NCBI GenBank assembly: GCA_050084515.1
Contig: CM114271.1
Location: forward strand, 49,166,001 to 49,230,000
Direction: 5' to 3'
DNA from: Blasia pusilla
Taxonomy: Eukaryota
DNA: 64,000 nucleotides
Under the pieces are notes generated by a model. It searched no databases. It had not been told where the DNA came from and saw only the letters and a list, made by a program, of their open reading frames with translations. Both the position numbers and the translations under genes were made by a program. This document shows positions 14,391 through 27,100 of this stretch, piece after piece; position 1 is the first letter of the stretch, and every line of letters begins with the position of its first letter.

Positions 14391-17300
14391 TCTTTTAATG
14401 CATAATTTGCCCAAAAAAAACTTAAAGCTACAATGTTTACATGAAGAAATACATAAGAAATAACCCTACCCTTCAAACAAACAACCTAAAGATAAGGCAC
14501 TTGATATGGAAATGGTCTGAAATTCTGATATCATAGATAAATCATCACTTGAAGTGCACATAGACTCAGGGAAAAATAAATTTTATACCACCTTATATTT
14601 TTCAAACTGTATTGATGTATTTATATCTGATCATTCACGTGATACAATCTCTATGCATATACTTAAGACATCTGCATGTGTCATGTTGTGTGTCAAAGTT
14701 CATTTGCGGATTGTAGAGGATCAAATTATCACTATCAGAGAAGGATATTGACGAGAGGTTTATATTTCCCGGAGGGGTATACCTGATATACTCAAGGTAC
14801 GTAGATAATTACGGATTCTCCCTTCATTTATATTGAAATCAACATATTCTGCTCCAATAGATATCCACCATACTGAAACATTTTCACTTCCATGTTTACA
14901 ATGTTAGGAACAATAGGATGGCATAATTTCCTTCATTCATTTACCTCTGTTCTTATTAACTTGACGTAGGGGTGATGATACCACAAAGAACTCCTCACGT
15001 CCAGTTGGATTTGACACATCCTCATAGAATCCAAGCGCACGACTATAAGTTGTGGCAAAGGGAGTGCGATAAGTCTTGTAAACTGCGGAGGAAGAGGGCA
15101 AGATGCCCTTATACAGAGTGCAAGGGAGGAACTACCTTGGGACTAGCAAAGATAGAAGACCATCTGAGGAAAAATGGTCGATCTCATCTTTTTCGAGTTC
15201 CAAAAAGTAGGGAGGAGTGGGACTCTTCAGATGAGGAGTGGCTCACACAACAAGAGGTCAATGACAAGGAGCAACGTGAGCACATTATGCAATCCTATGT
15301 TAGACCTGAAATCTCACATCTAGAGAATCCTGATTTGGATGTTGATATTGATGTTCCCCAGATGTTGAATGATATTTTTAGAGAATATGATCATCTCCAT
15401 GATGAGGATATGGCTATTGATGAAAGTGGGACAGAGAACGGGAACCTCAATGAAACCAATGATCCAAATATTCCATCAGATTTTCATGAGCTTACCGCAG
15501 CATGCAAGCCACTCTTCCCTGGAGCCAAGACTTCTTTACTTGCATTTGTTATGCTCCTTTTCAATATTGGTACAACCCATGGGGTCCTTAATATTGTAAT
15601 TGATGAGATATTGAAACTCCTACGTAAGATGGTACTCCCATCTGAAAATCTTGTCCCACCATCATACTATGCAGCAAATAAACTCATTAGTAAACTTGAT
15701 CTGAGCTACAACTCTATCCATGCGTGCCCTGAAGGTTGTGTTCTATTTCGAGGGGACTTGGAAGGTGCAGAAATTTTCCCGAAGTGTGGGAATGCTAGGT
15801 TCAAGCAAGTCGGGAAGTCTTTAGTACCAAATAAGGTATTGAGACACTTCCTTGTAATCCCGCGGATCCAACGTATGTATAGATGTAGGGCCTTGTTTGA
15901 GTTATTGAGTTGGTCTTCTGAGAACAAAAGTAAGGATGGCATGGTAAGACATGCAGGGGAGAGCAAGGCTTGGAATCATATTGATCGTTTGTACCCAGAT
16001 TTTGCTATAGAGGGTAGAAATTGTAGGTTTGGTTTAGCACTTGACGGAGTTAATCCATACTCTGATAAGGCAAGCTCATGGTCAACATGGCCAATCCTAT
16101 TGGTTAACTACAATTTGCCACCTTGGCTTCAAACAAAAAAGTTTTTTATCATGTTGGCTCTTATCATATCTGGTAAGGAGAGTGTGAATGGAGAGAATAT
16201 CAACACCTTCTTTGCCCCCTTGATAGAGGAGTTTAGGGAGTTTATGGTACAATCTCAGGGCAAAGCCATGGTGGAAAACTTGCATGTACCGTATGTGGAC
16301 CGTATGTGGATTCAGATTTCTCCAAACAATGAAGAAAGCCTCTATTTGGCGGTCATAGAAGACATCTTCCACTAGACCATGTTTGGAGAGGGCGACCTTA
16401 CAGCCCTCGATTCAATGGTGAGAGTGAGTCTAGACCACCACCGCCAAGGATTACATCAGATGAAATTCTGGAATGGGCTGAAGAGAAAAAAATATATGAT
16501 GATGGAGGTGGTCGAGAGGATGCTTGTACTGATCCATACAAGAGGACAGGGGTAAAGCGGCGAAGTATACTCTTTGATTTGCCATACTGGAAAGTATCCA
16601 ACAAACATCTAATTGTTTTCAAATTTTTGTTGTGATAGGTCATATAGTTACTTATCTCTTGTCAACCATGAATATGCATATATTTTTCCTTGACCTCAAC
16701 GTAGCATTTGCTAATACGACACACCCTAAATGTTATGCATGTGGAGAAGAATAAATCTGAGAATCTAGTTAAAACTCCATTTGGGATGAAGGATCAGTGA
16801 AGGTTAGAAGAGATATGGAGGCTCGTGGAATTCGACCTCACTTATGGTTACAACCCCATCCAAGTAAAGCAACAGGACTAGTGAAACCTCAATGTGATTA
16901 TGTTTTATCACCTCATGAAATGTCCATTTTCCTAGCTAGGATTGAGTCCACAAAAGTGCGTACAGGATATAGTGCAGAGTTGAAGAAGCACGTGGTTAAC
17001 AAGAAATTGGGATCCATGAAGTCACATGATTATCATGTGTTGATTCACCAAATCCTTCCCTTTGCCCTTCGTGGGCTAATGAAGGATCCAATTCGCTCAT
17101 CAATCATGCGTTTAAATAAGATATTTAGGTTATTGTGTTGTAAAGTGTATGATCCTACATGCTATGAATAACTACATAAGGATACAACAATTACCCTTTG
17201 CCTATTGGAGATGCATTTTCCACCATCATTTTTTGATGTGATGACACATCTTCTTATCCACGTTGTCCAAGAATTGGATATATGTGGGCCTTTAACTTGC

Positions 17301-18163
17301 CGATGGATATATCCAATGGAAAGATACATGGGTACACTGAAAAAATATGTTAGATCTAAAGCTCGCCCAGAGGGATGTATGGCAAAGGGGTATATCAAAG
17401 ATGAGGATTTGGGATTGGTGACTGAGTATATGAAAATATTTGAGGATGTGAGGACACGAATATGGGATGACGGCGAAGAAGAAGGGGTCGTAGGGGAGGA
17501 GTTGGAAGGTGCAGGATGTGAAATCACATTATCCCGAGAAATGACTATCTTGGCACACCACTATATCCTACTCAATATGGAGTGTATGGTTATGTGGCGC
17601 AGGTAAATTTCAACTATATTCAATGAATTCAATGTATGGAAACCCTGAACGTGATCTTCTGAACCTTACATGTTTGTTTCATCTTCCACGTCACCTTATT
17701 CTTTGGTGATGTTCTTTCTTTCTACCACGAATTTTGAGGCTGAGAATGCATCAGTTTCTTTTGAAGAGTGGATTCAACGAGCTATCCTTCGAGATGCTAG
17801 GGAAAAAGATGGGAAGGTGGATGAAGAGCGATTGGCTTTGTCAATTCCTCCACAAGCAAAAGTTCTCTCATACAAGTCTATGAAGGCTTATGGCAATCAC
17901 TATAGGGTAGAGGGAGAGGGTGGATATAATGCATACTCCACTTACGATAGTGGAATTGGAGCAATATTTTTGGATGAGGTTAATGATGATAAGAATTGTG
18001 CTTATTCATTTGTGGGAGTTCTGGTCGATATAATTGCGCTTGATTACGGGATTGTTGATCAACCTGTAATATTAATGAGAGAGAGGTGGGTGAGAGCAGA
18101 TTGGAAATCACGGATGCCATCCATGAAGCGAGATCGTGATGGCTTCCTACTTGTAAACCTTAG

Positions 18164-18517
18164 TGTAACTCTCCAGCTCACGGAACCACTCTAGAGTTGC
18201 TCAAAGGTAGAATGCCCTCAAGGCCTCTCCTCTTCCTTTTATATATTTAGAGATAGGTACAATAAAGACAAATTAGCTCTACCTATCCTTATGCCACATG
18301 TCCTACTCTCATAGTATGAGAGAATCTCCTTTGGAGTCTAATGTCCCAACCTCATCTTCCTCAACCTCATCCTTATCTCCCTTTTCACCAATCTATGGCC
18401 CCACTCTCATCTTTATCTCCTGTATCTTGTCTTTTCTCTTTTTGGTTGATTCTTTCCCACTTATGCGCTTCATGTCATAGATTCTAATTTAACTATGACT
18501 AACAAAGGATGGTTACA
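18164..18517 (-). repeat. 3' LTR (354 bp)
   Basis: Direct repeat of 23732-24084; adjacent PPT GGGGGGAGG (minus strand) at 18520-18528. Confidence 0.95.
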
Positions 18518-18530
18518 AACCTCCCCCCAT

Positions 18531-21500
18531 TTAAGACACAACGTCCTCCTTGTGAGAGCTTTCAAACTCTTGCACTATTAATGGTGCGTTCGCCAAGTTG
18601 GCTGAGGGTTCCCATGTGACCTCAAATAGTGGATATCCTTTCCATTGGACCAAATATTCAACTCGTTGGTGATGAGCTCCTCGAGTGCGTTTCTTCAAGA
18701 TACATTCCACTTCAAATTCTTCATGATCTCCGACTATTTGAGGTAGTGGTGGAGTGACAATATTGTCCTTAAATCTCTTAGGGCGTGGAATAAACGGTCG
18801 AAGAAGAGAGACATGAAACACAGGATGGATTTTCATATGCATCGGTAGGTCTAGCTTATATGCCACGGTGCCCACTTTTTGTAGGATAGTGAAAGGCCCA
18901 ATATAGCGAGGATTAAACTTACGAACTCCTACTAATGATAAATTGGTTGTTGCTAACCAAATCTTGTCCCCTTCACAAAACTCGACATCTCGACGATGAG
19001 CATCTGCATATTGTTTTTGTCGATTTTGGGCAATAACCAACTTCTCCTTAGCAAGTTGAACCCCTTTCTGAATTTGGTCCACAAACTCATTAACTGCAGC
19101 TACCTTTGTAGGTTCCCTCACACTTTTCCCTATTCGAGTGAGACTAGAAGGAATTGAGGGATGCTCGCGATGCATTAAAAAGAGCGGTGTGATCTTAGTG
19201 GAAGAGTTCATGGAGTTATTGTATGAGAACTCTACTAAGGGTAACAATGAGTCCCATCCTTGTTGATCCTCCAATGTTAAGGCGCTTAGCATATCCTCAA
19301 TAGTACGGTTGGCCCTTTCAGTTTGTCCATCAGTTTGAGGGTGATAAGCTGTAGACATGGCTAGTTTAGTTTGGAGCAATCCGAATAAAGCCTTCCAAAA
19401 TAAACTCGTGAAATGGGTTCCCCTATCAGTGATAAGCACTTTAGGAAGACCATGATGGACAAAGACTGTCTCGATGTAGATCCTAGCCAACTCTGGTGCA
19501 GTCACAGTCTTCTTGGTCGGACAAAGGTGTATCATCTTGCTTAGTCTATCCACAAAGACCACAATAGAGTCATATCTCGTGATCGTACATGGTAGCTCAC
19601 AAACAAGATCCATAGTGACTTGTTTCCAACGTTTTTGAGATATTGGGATCGGCTGCAACAATCCTGCTGGTTTTGTGTTACTAGCCTTGATTTGTTGACA
19701 AATCCTAAAACTCCTTACATATATGTCAATATCTTCTCTCATTTTGGGCCAATAGTACGCTCGCTGTAATCCCTCTAAGGTTTTTTCATCTCCCATATGA
19801 CCCGCAATGATTGTGTCGTGAGCTTCAGACAATACTTCAGTGCGTAATAGTGGATCTTGTGGGATCAATACTTTACCTTTATGGAAAACCAATCCTTAAG
19901 CCTTGTATACTCTGTTGGCATGAATAGCCACTGCAATTTCTTCATCCTCCTTTGTGGCTTTGGATAACTTTTTCCACCAACTAGAGTGAATCTCCACTTC
20001 AGATATGTTATTCATCTGTGGTATACGAGTCAAGGCGTCTGCCAACTGCTTCTTTCCTTCCACATAGACAATTTTCATCATGAATTGTTGTCGCCATTTT
20101 GCCCATCGAATTTGACGTTTGGAGAGCTCCTTCTGGGACTCTAAGTAGACCAAGGGCTTGTGATGAGTCTCCACCACAAACTCCTTATCGTCTAAGTAAT
20201 GTTTCCAATGCTTGGTTGCCAACACAATAGCAAGTTCTTCTCGCTCAGTTGTATGGTAGTTTTGCTCCGCTGGCAATAGCTTGCGAGAAAAGAAGGCAAT
20301 AGAATGCCATCCATCCTCCCATTCTTGTTGTAGTACTCCTCCAATGCTAGTACCTGAAGCATCTGTGGCCAACTTGATGGATCGATTAGGATCATACCAC
20401 TTCAATATAGGGGCTTTGATCAAGGCATCCTTTAATGATTGAAAAGCAATCTCTTGTGATGTGCCCCAATTCCATTTTTGTCCTTTCCCTAGTAAAGCTG
20501 TTAAGGATTGTGCAATTTGAGCAAAACCTTTGACAAATATTCGATAGAATCCTGTTAACCCTAGAAAATTCTTCAATTGAGTTTGATCCTCAGGTGCATC
20601 CTATTTTTGGATAGCTTCTACCTTCTCACTCATCACTTGGATACCTTCTGCGCTTACTCGATGCCCTAGATAATCAACTTCTGTTTTACCGAACTCACAT
20701 TTTGACGCTTTAGCATACAACTCATTATCTCTTAGGATTTGAAGGACTTCTCGTAGATGATTTATATGCTCTTCTATCGTTTTACTATAGACTAAGATAT
20801 CATCTAAGAATACAATGACATACTTGTCTAAATATGGACGAAAGATATCATTCATTAGGCCCATAAAGATTGCAGGTGCATTAGTAAGACCAAATGGCAT
20901 GACTAAGTATTCAAAGTGTCCATACCTAGTACGAAAAGCAGTCTTGTGCACATCTTCATCCGCAATTCGAATTTGGTTGTAGCCGCTACGAAGGTCAAGT
21001 TTGGTGAAGTATTTTGCACCTTATAGTTGGTCGAACAAATCATCCATTCTTGGTAATGGATATTTGTTTTTGATGCTTGTTGATTGTCTTTCGATAGTTG
21101 ATACACGATGCTTCCATCCTTCTTTTTCACAAAAAGGACAGGGGCTCCATATGGCGAAACGCTTGGTTGGATGAAGCCTTTCTGCAACATCTCCTCCACT
21201 TGGGCTTTGCATTCTTCTAATTCTCTTGGAGCTAAGCGGTAAGAAGCTTTACATGGTGGTGTGCTTCTTGGAAGGATCTCAATCTTGTGGTCTACCCTCC
21301 ATTTGGGTGGTAACCCTGATGGTAAATCATTTGGGAATACATCTTTGTATTCCTCCAATACTTCTCTCAACTCGTCTGGGTACCTCTGAATATTTTTTTC
21401 AAACCATAAACATCTCTTATTAAACCTAGGAAACATACATCTTGATGTTTGATGGCGGTTTTTTCCTATTACATATAGGGGTAGGGTTCTAGGACGTGAT

Positions 21501-21978
21501 CTGACTCTGTCTCCGTAAAGCTTCCACTCTCGGATCTTCACAATCTTTTTCTCTAATCTACCTCTGGATTATACTGTTCCATCCAAGGCATTCCCAAGAT
21601 AACATCATAACGTGCTAACCTAATGACCTTCATCTCCAACTCTTCCAGATACTTTCCTATCCTCAACTCTACCCTTCAAGGAAGCTTCTCAATCTTTTCT
21701 GTTTGCCCATTTGGTAATTCTACCTCTTCTTTTTGATCCCTCTCTAAAGCTAAGCCCAATTTCATAGCGATGGCTCTTGAAAGGAAGTTTTCTGTTGCCC
21801 CAAGATCAATCAACACTCTAACTTGGGATCCTTCTACTTTCCCGTCTATAACAATGAGACGTGTTTCTCCTCTCTTCAAACCATTTACCTCCAGATTTTT
21901 GTGTCGACCCTCGCCTTTCCTCCTTTTGTTAGAACCAGTATATCCGTGAGGCGCGATTATTGGTGGTTGGCGTTTCCC
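18531..21978 (-). pseudogene. pol: protease, RT, RNase H, integrase, chromodomain; broken by stops and frameshifts
   Basis: LIDLGAT (protease D-S/T-G changed to DLG), [59 protein letters not shown], and chromodomain EFEVECIL..YLVQWKGY..TWEP. Confidence 0.93.
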
Positions 21979-23120
21979 TGAGGTCCGCCTTCTTCGTCAT
22001 CTTCCTGCATATGCCCTCCTTCAAGATGATTAAGGGGGCGACGATATGGCCTATTTCCGAGCCTACGAAGACCACAATTCATGGCTATATGACCATATCT
22101 ACCACACTCAAAACATTGGCGTGTATCTCTTCGGACTTCGAATTCTCTCCCTCCTCTAGGAACCCCGATCCCGTCGGTTCGAGAAGCAATCCCTTGTATG
22201 TTGGGGTTTCGATCTCTCTCCATTGGCACCCTTCCATTATACCTTCGCGGAGCATAACCATCTCGTGCTCGAAGGTTACCCAACTCCATGGGTGTGGGTC
22301 CGTAGTGGTTGTTCATGGAAGCAACCACCTCTCCTCCTCCTTCGTACACATTTGCCATACGTTGGGCACATGCAATTGCTTCATTGATATCTTTTGGGTT
22401 GTCTCGAATCACCTCTTGACGCACCTTCTTCTTCAAACCTCTCTTAAACAGATCGAGAGCTTCTGGCCCACTCATGTCGCGGATTTGTATCTGCAAGTCA
22501 CAAAACTCTTCGATGTAGTCCTCCATAGTTCCTTTCTGCTCCAGTCGCCATAATTTCATTCTAGCAGTGAGGATTGGATCCACAGCTTGGAAATTTTGCA
22601 GCAGCCCTTGCTTCATTCCGCTCCATGTAATTTGTTGAGTTGTTTCAATCAAGGATCTCTCCCATCCTTGATACCATGTCAATGCTCGATCGATTAACCA
22701 AGATCTTACGAAGATCCCTCCAATATGATCATCAATGTTGAAAAGGGATAAATGAATTTCCATCCGAGTGATCCAACCCACTAATACCCCCATGGCTCGA
22801 CTTCCTTTGTACGGTTCTACCTTGCATGCCTTTGTCATTTTCAATATCAATGAGGTTTGAGCATTCATCTCCATCACTCTTTGTGCTGCTTGGGCCTCCA
22901 ATGCTCGTGCCCTTAAGGTTTTGTAACTCTCCCCAGAAGTCACGACACTCGTGGTTTCCGTCTCCATCCCACCTATCGGAAGAACTCTCTCTCTCTCTAC
23001 TCTCATATTTCTGACCGAAGCAACTTCTTGCGCTAATTCTTGGACTTGGTTTTGACTTTGATCAAATGCAACTCTCAACTCTCTCAATTCACGAATCATA
23101 TCCCTCAAAGTTTCTTCCAT
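21957..23120 (-). CDS. gag: Retrotransposon Gag, 387 aa, with CCHC zinc knuckle
   Basis: Open ORF with LEQKGTMEDYIEEF, FKRGL, GPTPMELG and CFECGRYGHIAMNC. Confidence 0.92.
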   Translation of the reverse strand: MEETLRDMIRELRELRVAFDQSQNQVQELAQEVASVRNMRVERERVLPIGGMETETTSVVTSGESYKTLRARALEAQAAQRVMEMNAQTSLILKMTKACKVEPYKGSRAMGVLVGWITRMEIHLSLFNIDDHIGGIFVRSWLIDRALTWYQGWERSLIETTQQITWSGMKQGLLQNFQAVDPILTARMKLWRLEQKGTMEDYIEEFCDLQIQIRDMSGPEALDLFKRGLKKKVRQEVIRDNPKDINEAIACAQRMANVYEGGGEVVASMNNHYGPTPMELGNLRARDGYAPRRYNGRVPMERDRNPNIQGIASRTDGIGVPRGGREFEVRRDTRQCFECGRYGHIAMNCGLRRLGNRPYRRPLNHLEGGHMQEDDEEGGPQGNANHQ

Positions 23121-23718
23121 GACCCTTTACTATCACTCTAATATAAGATCAAGATATACACCTGCCAATTTTGCACAATAGGGACTACAAAAGGCAGTGT
23201 TGACGCAATGACTTCATTATAATACTCTTGGCCAAACTTCCTCACCATAAACTCTCTATATGCTATCTTAGGTTGACAAACCACATGGACTATACATCGA
23301 GTGTTAAAAAACACTTGTGGGGGCCTATTCAAATCCATTCCCCATATCTCCTCTAAAACAATATATAAATAGTGCAATCCCACACACGATCATATGTAAC
23401 AATAGGGAGGATCACCGGATAGCGAGACTCCATCACTTGCGTCATGAAAACTTCACCAAAGTGATATACGAGGTATCTCGTGAACCAATGTCTATCTACA
23501 TATAAGAGTTTGATGGTGAACGGATTAAGAAACGGGAAATTAGGAGCCACTCTCGCTCCCCCTCCATCCATTACCTGCAAAACAGCCCTTCCCCCTTACT
23601 CTACTTGTAGCTCTATAGCCACTGCCAGCCTCTAACAACCTATCTACTCTAAACAGTATATCATTACTTAGTCATCCTTCCAAGAGGGATAATCCACTCT
23701 CGTTGGAAGAGCAACCTT

Positions 23719-23730
23719 GCTCTGATACCA
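23719..23730 (-). promoter_or_regulatory. Primer-binding site for initiator tRNA-Met
   Basis: Minus strand TGGTATCAGAGC, 1 nt after the 5' LTR. Confidence 0.93.
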
Positions 23731-23731
23731 T

Positions 23732-24084
23732 TGTAACTCTCCAGCTCACGGAACCACTCTAGAGTTGCTCAAAGATAGAATGCCCTCAAGGCCTCTCCTC
23801 TTCCTTTATATACTTGGAGATAGGTACAATGAAGACAAATTAGCTCTACCTATCCTTATGCCACATGTCCTATTCTCATAGCATGAGAGAATCTCCTTTG
23901 GAGTCTAATGTCCCAACCTCATCTTCCTCAACCTCATCCTTATCTCCCTTTTCACCAACCTATGGCCCCACTCTCATCTTTATCTCCTGTATCTTGTCTT
24001 TTCTCTTTTTGGTTGATTCTTTCCCACTTATGCGCTTCATGTCATAGATTCTAACTTAACTATGACTAACAAAAGATGGTTACA
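23732..24084 (-). repeat. 5' LTR (353 bp)
   Basis: Matches 18164-18517 with 9 substitutions and 1 indel by manual comparison. Confidence 0.95.
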
Positions 24085-24179
24085 CTTAGATCTTGTGAAC
24101 CTATCAACCATCAACCCTTTGTGTTCCCATCTCAAGTGGAACAAGTCTTTAGGGAAGACAAGGGAACTTGACCAAGGCC

Positions 24180-27100
24180 AAGAAAATAATTACAAGATGC
24201 AAAATAGGATTTCCACTGCATCTACAGTCAGAGAGAGTAGTAATACATCAAGTGTGTGTAGACCCGATTCTATAGGGCACCTTTTAGATATGAGTGCAAC
24301 CATGGAGAGGGATGATCTCAGCAAAAATGTGGTGGCTTCTGATTTGAGTACAGAGGGGCAAGAAACATATAAGGGTTTTGAAAGAGAGGCAATGACTTAT
24401 GAGAGAGAAACATCACCTCTGCACATTATAATGGATCTAGATGGTGAAGGTAATGACAACTTTAGACATCCTAATACGCCCAAAAACTCTTCAAACTTGG
24501 AGAACTCTGATATTGGTGATGGATTTGAGAGTCCAGACCTATTGGATAAGGACCTTCATGCTCTACTCCCAATTGAACAAGAACGGGCACGGTAGATAAG
24601 GGAAAACAAAAGAAGAGCAGCAAAAATTCTTGGTGCTATTCCCTCAGAGTAAGTAGTTCACTACCTTGCATGAGATGTGAATTGCAATAATATTGCATGG
24701 TTTTCCATTCCTTCTTGCATGTAGTTTCCTTATTCGTAGAAAATGAGACTTGCATGATCTTACATAGATGATTGATGATGAAATCATTGTTTGGAAAGGC
24801 TGAGACCAACAAAGGCATCCATGAAAGCCTCATGTTGTAGAGCAATAGTGGCAGAGGTAGTGGAAAAGCGACGAAGTTTGAGATTGACATCAAAGGTCTT
24901 GGAGAGCTTACCAGGTCCTTCAATGCTTGAAAGCCTTAAGGATAATAAAATGAAAGATCCAGATTATATGCCAACTGAAGATTGAGAATACCAGAATGAT
25001 GAGGAGGAAGATGTACCTGATCCTCCATTCGTGAATAAAGATACTGGGCCGACATTCCATCCGATCCAAGTCAAAAGGGTAATTACAGTGATATGTTATA
25101 TACCATCTTCAGTAAGATTTTGTGTGGAATACATGATTCTTCCAATCTCTGTGTTTATTTATTATAGTACACTAACTTTTATTTCTCTTTCATATGTTCA
25201 GGGTACTGGAGGGAGAGAATTCCACGAATCTCATGCCAGTTATAAGGCACATGATTCAGGCCAAAGTGGGAGATCAGAAATGGGTTGGCAATATCCCCCA
25301 TGGCCAGAGAGTGGTAGCCAATACTGGGGTGGATCAATGGGTGCAAGGTGGTATACTCATGAGCGCGAGCCGTCAATGTTGAATCATGGCCCACATAGCT
25401 CTTATGGCTTGCCCCTAAACCCTTTCCCCCGACCACAATGGGGTCAAAAAACTCTTACGGCTGGACACATGATTGCTCAAGGCCAATGGTCTGGAGGCAT
25501 GTCTTGGTCACAACCTAGAGTTGTAGAATGCCCCTGGGTAGGCAATACCCAGTCATCTCTACCATCTGGATCTCACGCCGAATGGGGTACTTATACACAA
25601 ACTTTTACCCCGATGGGGAGTCAACAACAATGGAGGCCCATTCAACCTGGTTCTTCAGGCCAACCATGGGCAACGCCAAGTGTAACCTTCTTTCCACATT
25701 GTGTATTTGTGATCAAATTCTCTATTTTTAAGGAATGATAACTCTTTAACTCTTGATCTTCTCATGATGACTCAAAAAGTGGCCATTATTCTTTCCTGGT
25801 TCAGTGTGTTTTTTCAGATTGTGAGGTCCTGATTTCTTGTCTATAGTGTTGATGAAGGATGTAAGAGTGCTATCTCCATTTGTGGACAGGATGGAGCATC
25901 ATGCCCTCCGCCCCCTTATCCAACTGCAGGAGAAGGTTCTGACTCAACATTTTCTGATGGGCCATCGGGATTTGTTGGGACGAGTGTACATTCACACCAA
26001 AGTGACAGTCAGTCTCTCATGGCCCCTAGTCTCTCCAAACCCAGAAATAAAAGTGGGGGTATATCCACATGTAGCCGCTTTTGAGGCATGGTCTAAATGT
26101 CGACCAAGAATGTTGGATACAATTGGTTAGTGATCTGGTCTTTTATTCCCTATATTTTGTAACATGTGCATGTCTAAATTGATTTTCTTGCGCCTTTCAT
26201 TTCTTCAGGTGATAGGGCAAGTGCGAGGAGAAGTAGGACCAAGAGAGATTTGTGGAACCGTAATGTGGCTCAATGCAAGGACCAAAACCTACTACCTAGA
26301 TGTGAATTATTGCCTACTGGGGCTCCACAGACGAAGGTGCCCGGTTATGAGCCATGGTTGAATGACCTAAAGGTATGGACCCTACGCTATCTCAACTTAT
26401 CATGTGTCGAGATGAGTAGGCAAGAGGATATTAATGTGGCAACAGTTCGCAAGCACATTGAGAGTGCGTACACATATGTTGGGGCACCATCTTTATGTTT
26501 GGACTTTTTGAAGAAGAAATGTGCATAATTATTAAAAACAGAACGGTCCACGATGAAAGCATAGTGGGTGGCAAATGTGGCTCATGTTGATGTTCCTTGC
26601 CACCCTGATGCTAAGGAAGATGCATGGGGCCGTTTGGTAGATCAACTCCTCCCAAAAGATGGTGAACGCAAGATCAAAGGTTATGACTTTAAATCACAGT
26701 GGACGGGGAGGTTTAGAGGGGTTTTCTGTAAGTTATCCTTAGCTTTCATTTCTTTTATATTTATGATTTCTGCACTTTGGTGTTCAGATTGTTAACGTTT
26801 GACAATGCTAGTGATTCTAATTGTATTGTTGGGTTTCTCCATGTGTAGGGCAGAGGTGGATCAACCACACAAAGCAATGTAGGTGTTACTGACAATGGAC
26901 CAATTCCACAACAAGAGAGTCTTGTAAGTTAGCTATAATTATGTGTGAATTATTTCCTGTGTATTGTGAGGTTTGTTAATACATTGTAGATTTTTTCACC
27001 ACCTGATATATTCACTTTCATTGGTTTGTATGCAATCTTACCAATAGGAAGGAGGTGCGATAGTACCCTTCACCACGAAAGAACCTGAAGAGCAAACACC

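Larger units (their letters stand above)
18164..24084 (-). mobile_element. Full-length Ty3/gypsy chromovirus LTR retrotransposon (5.9 kb)
   Basis: Two TGTAAC...GTTACA LTRs, TSD CTTAG (18159-18163 / 24085-24089), tRNA-iMet PBS, PPT, and gag-PR-RT-RH-INT-chromodomain order. Confidence 0.97.
14972..24171 (+). pseudogene. CACTA transposase (Transposase_21, DUF4218, DUF4216 regions), disrupted
   Basis: Motifs HACPEGC, GLALDGVNPY..WSTWPILLVNYNLPPW, RHTLNVMHVEKN, MKSHDYHVL, FPPSFFDVMTHLLIH, WIYPMERYMGTLK. It has frameshifts, an internal deletion near 16240 and a retrotransposon insertion at 18164. The frame resumes after 24089 as RSCEPINHQPFVFPSQVEQVF. Confidence 0.9.

Noticed and set aside
18298-24047. 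Duplicated 60-aa ORF MSYSHSMRES...
   Set aside because: It lies inside the two LTRs; the duplication reflects the LTRs.
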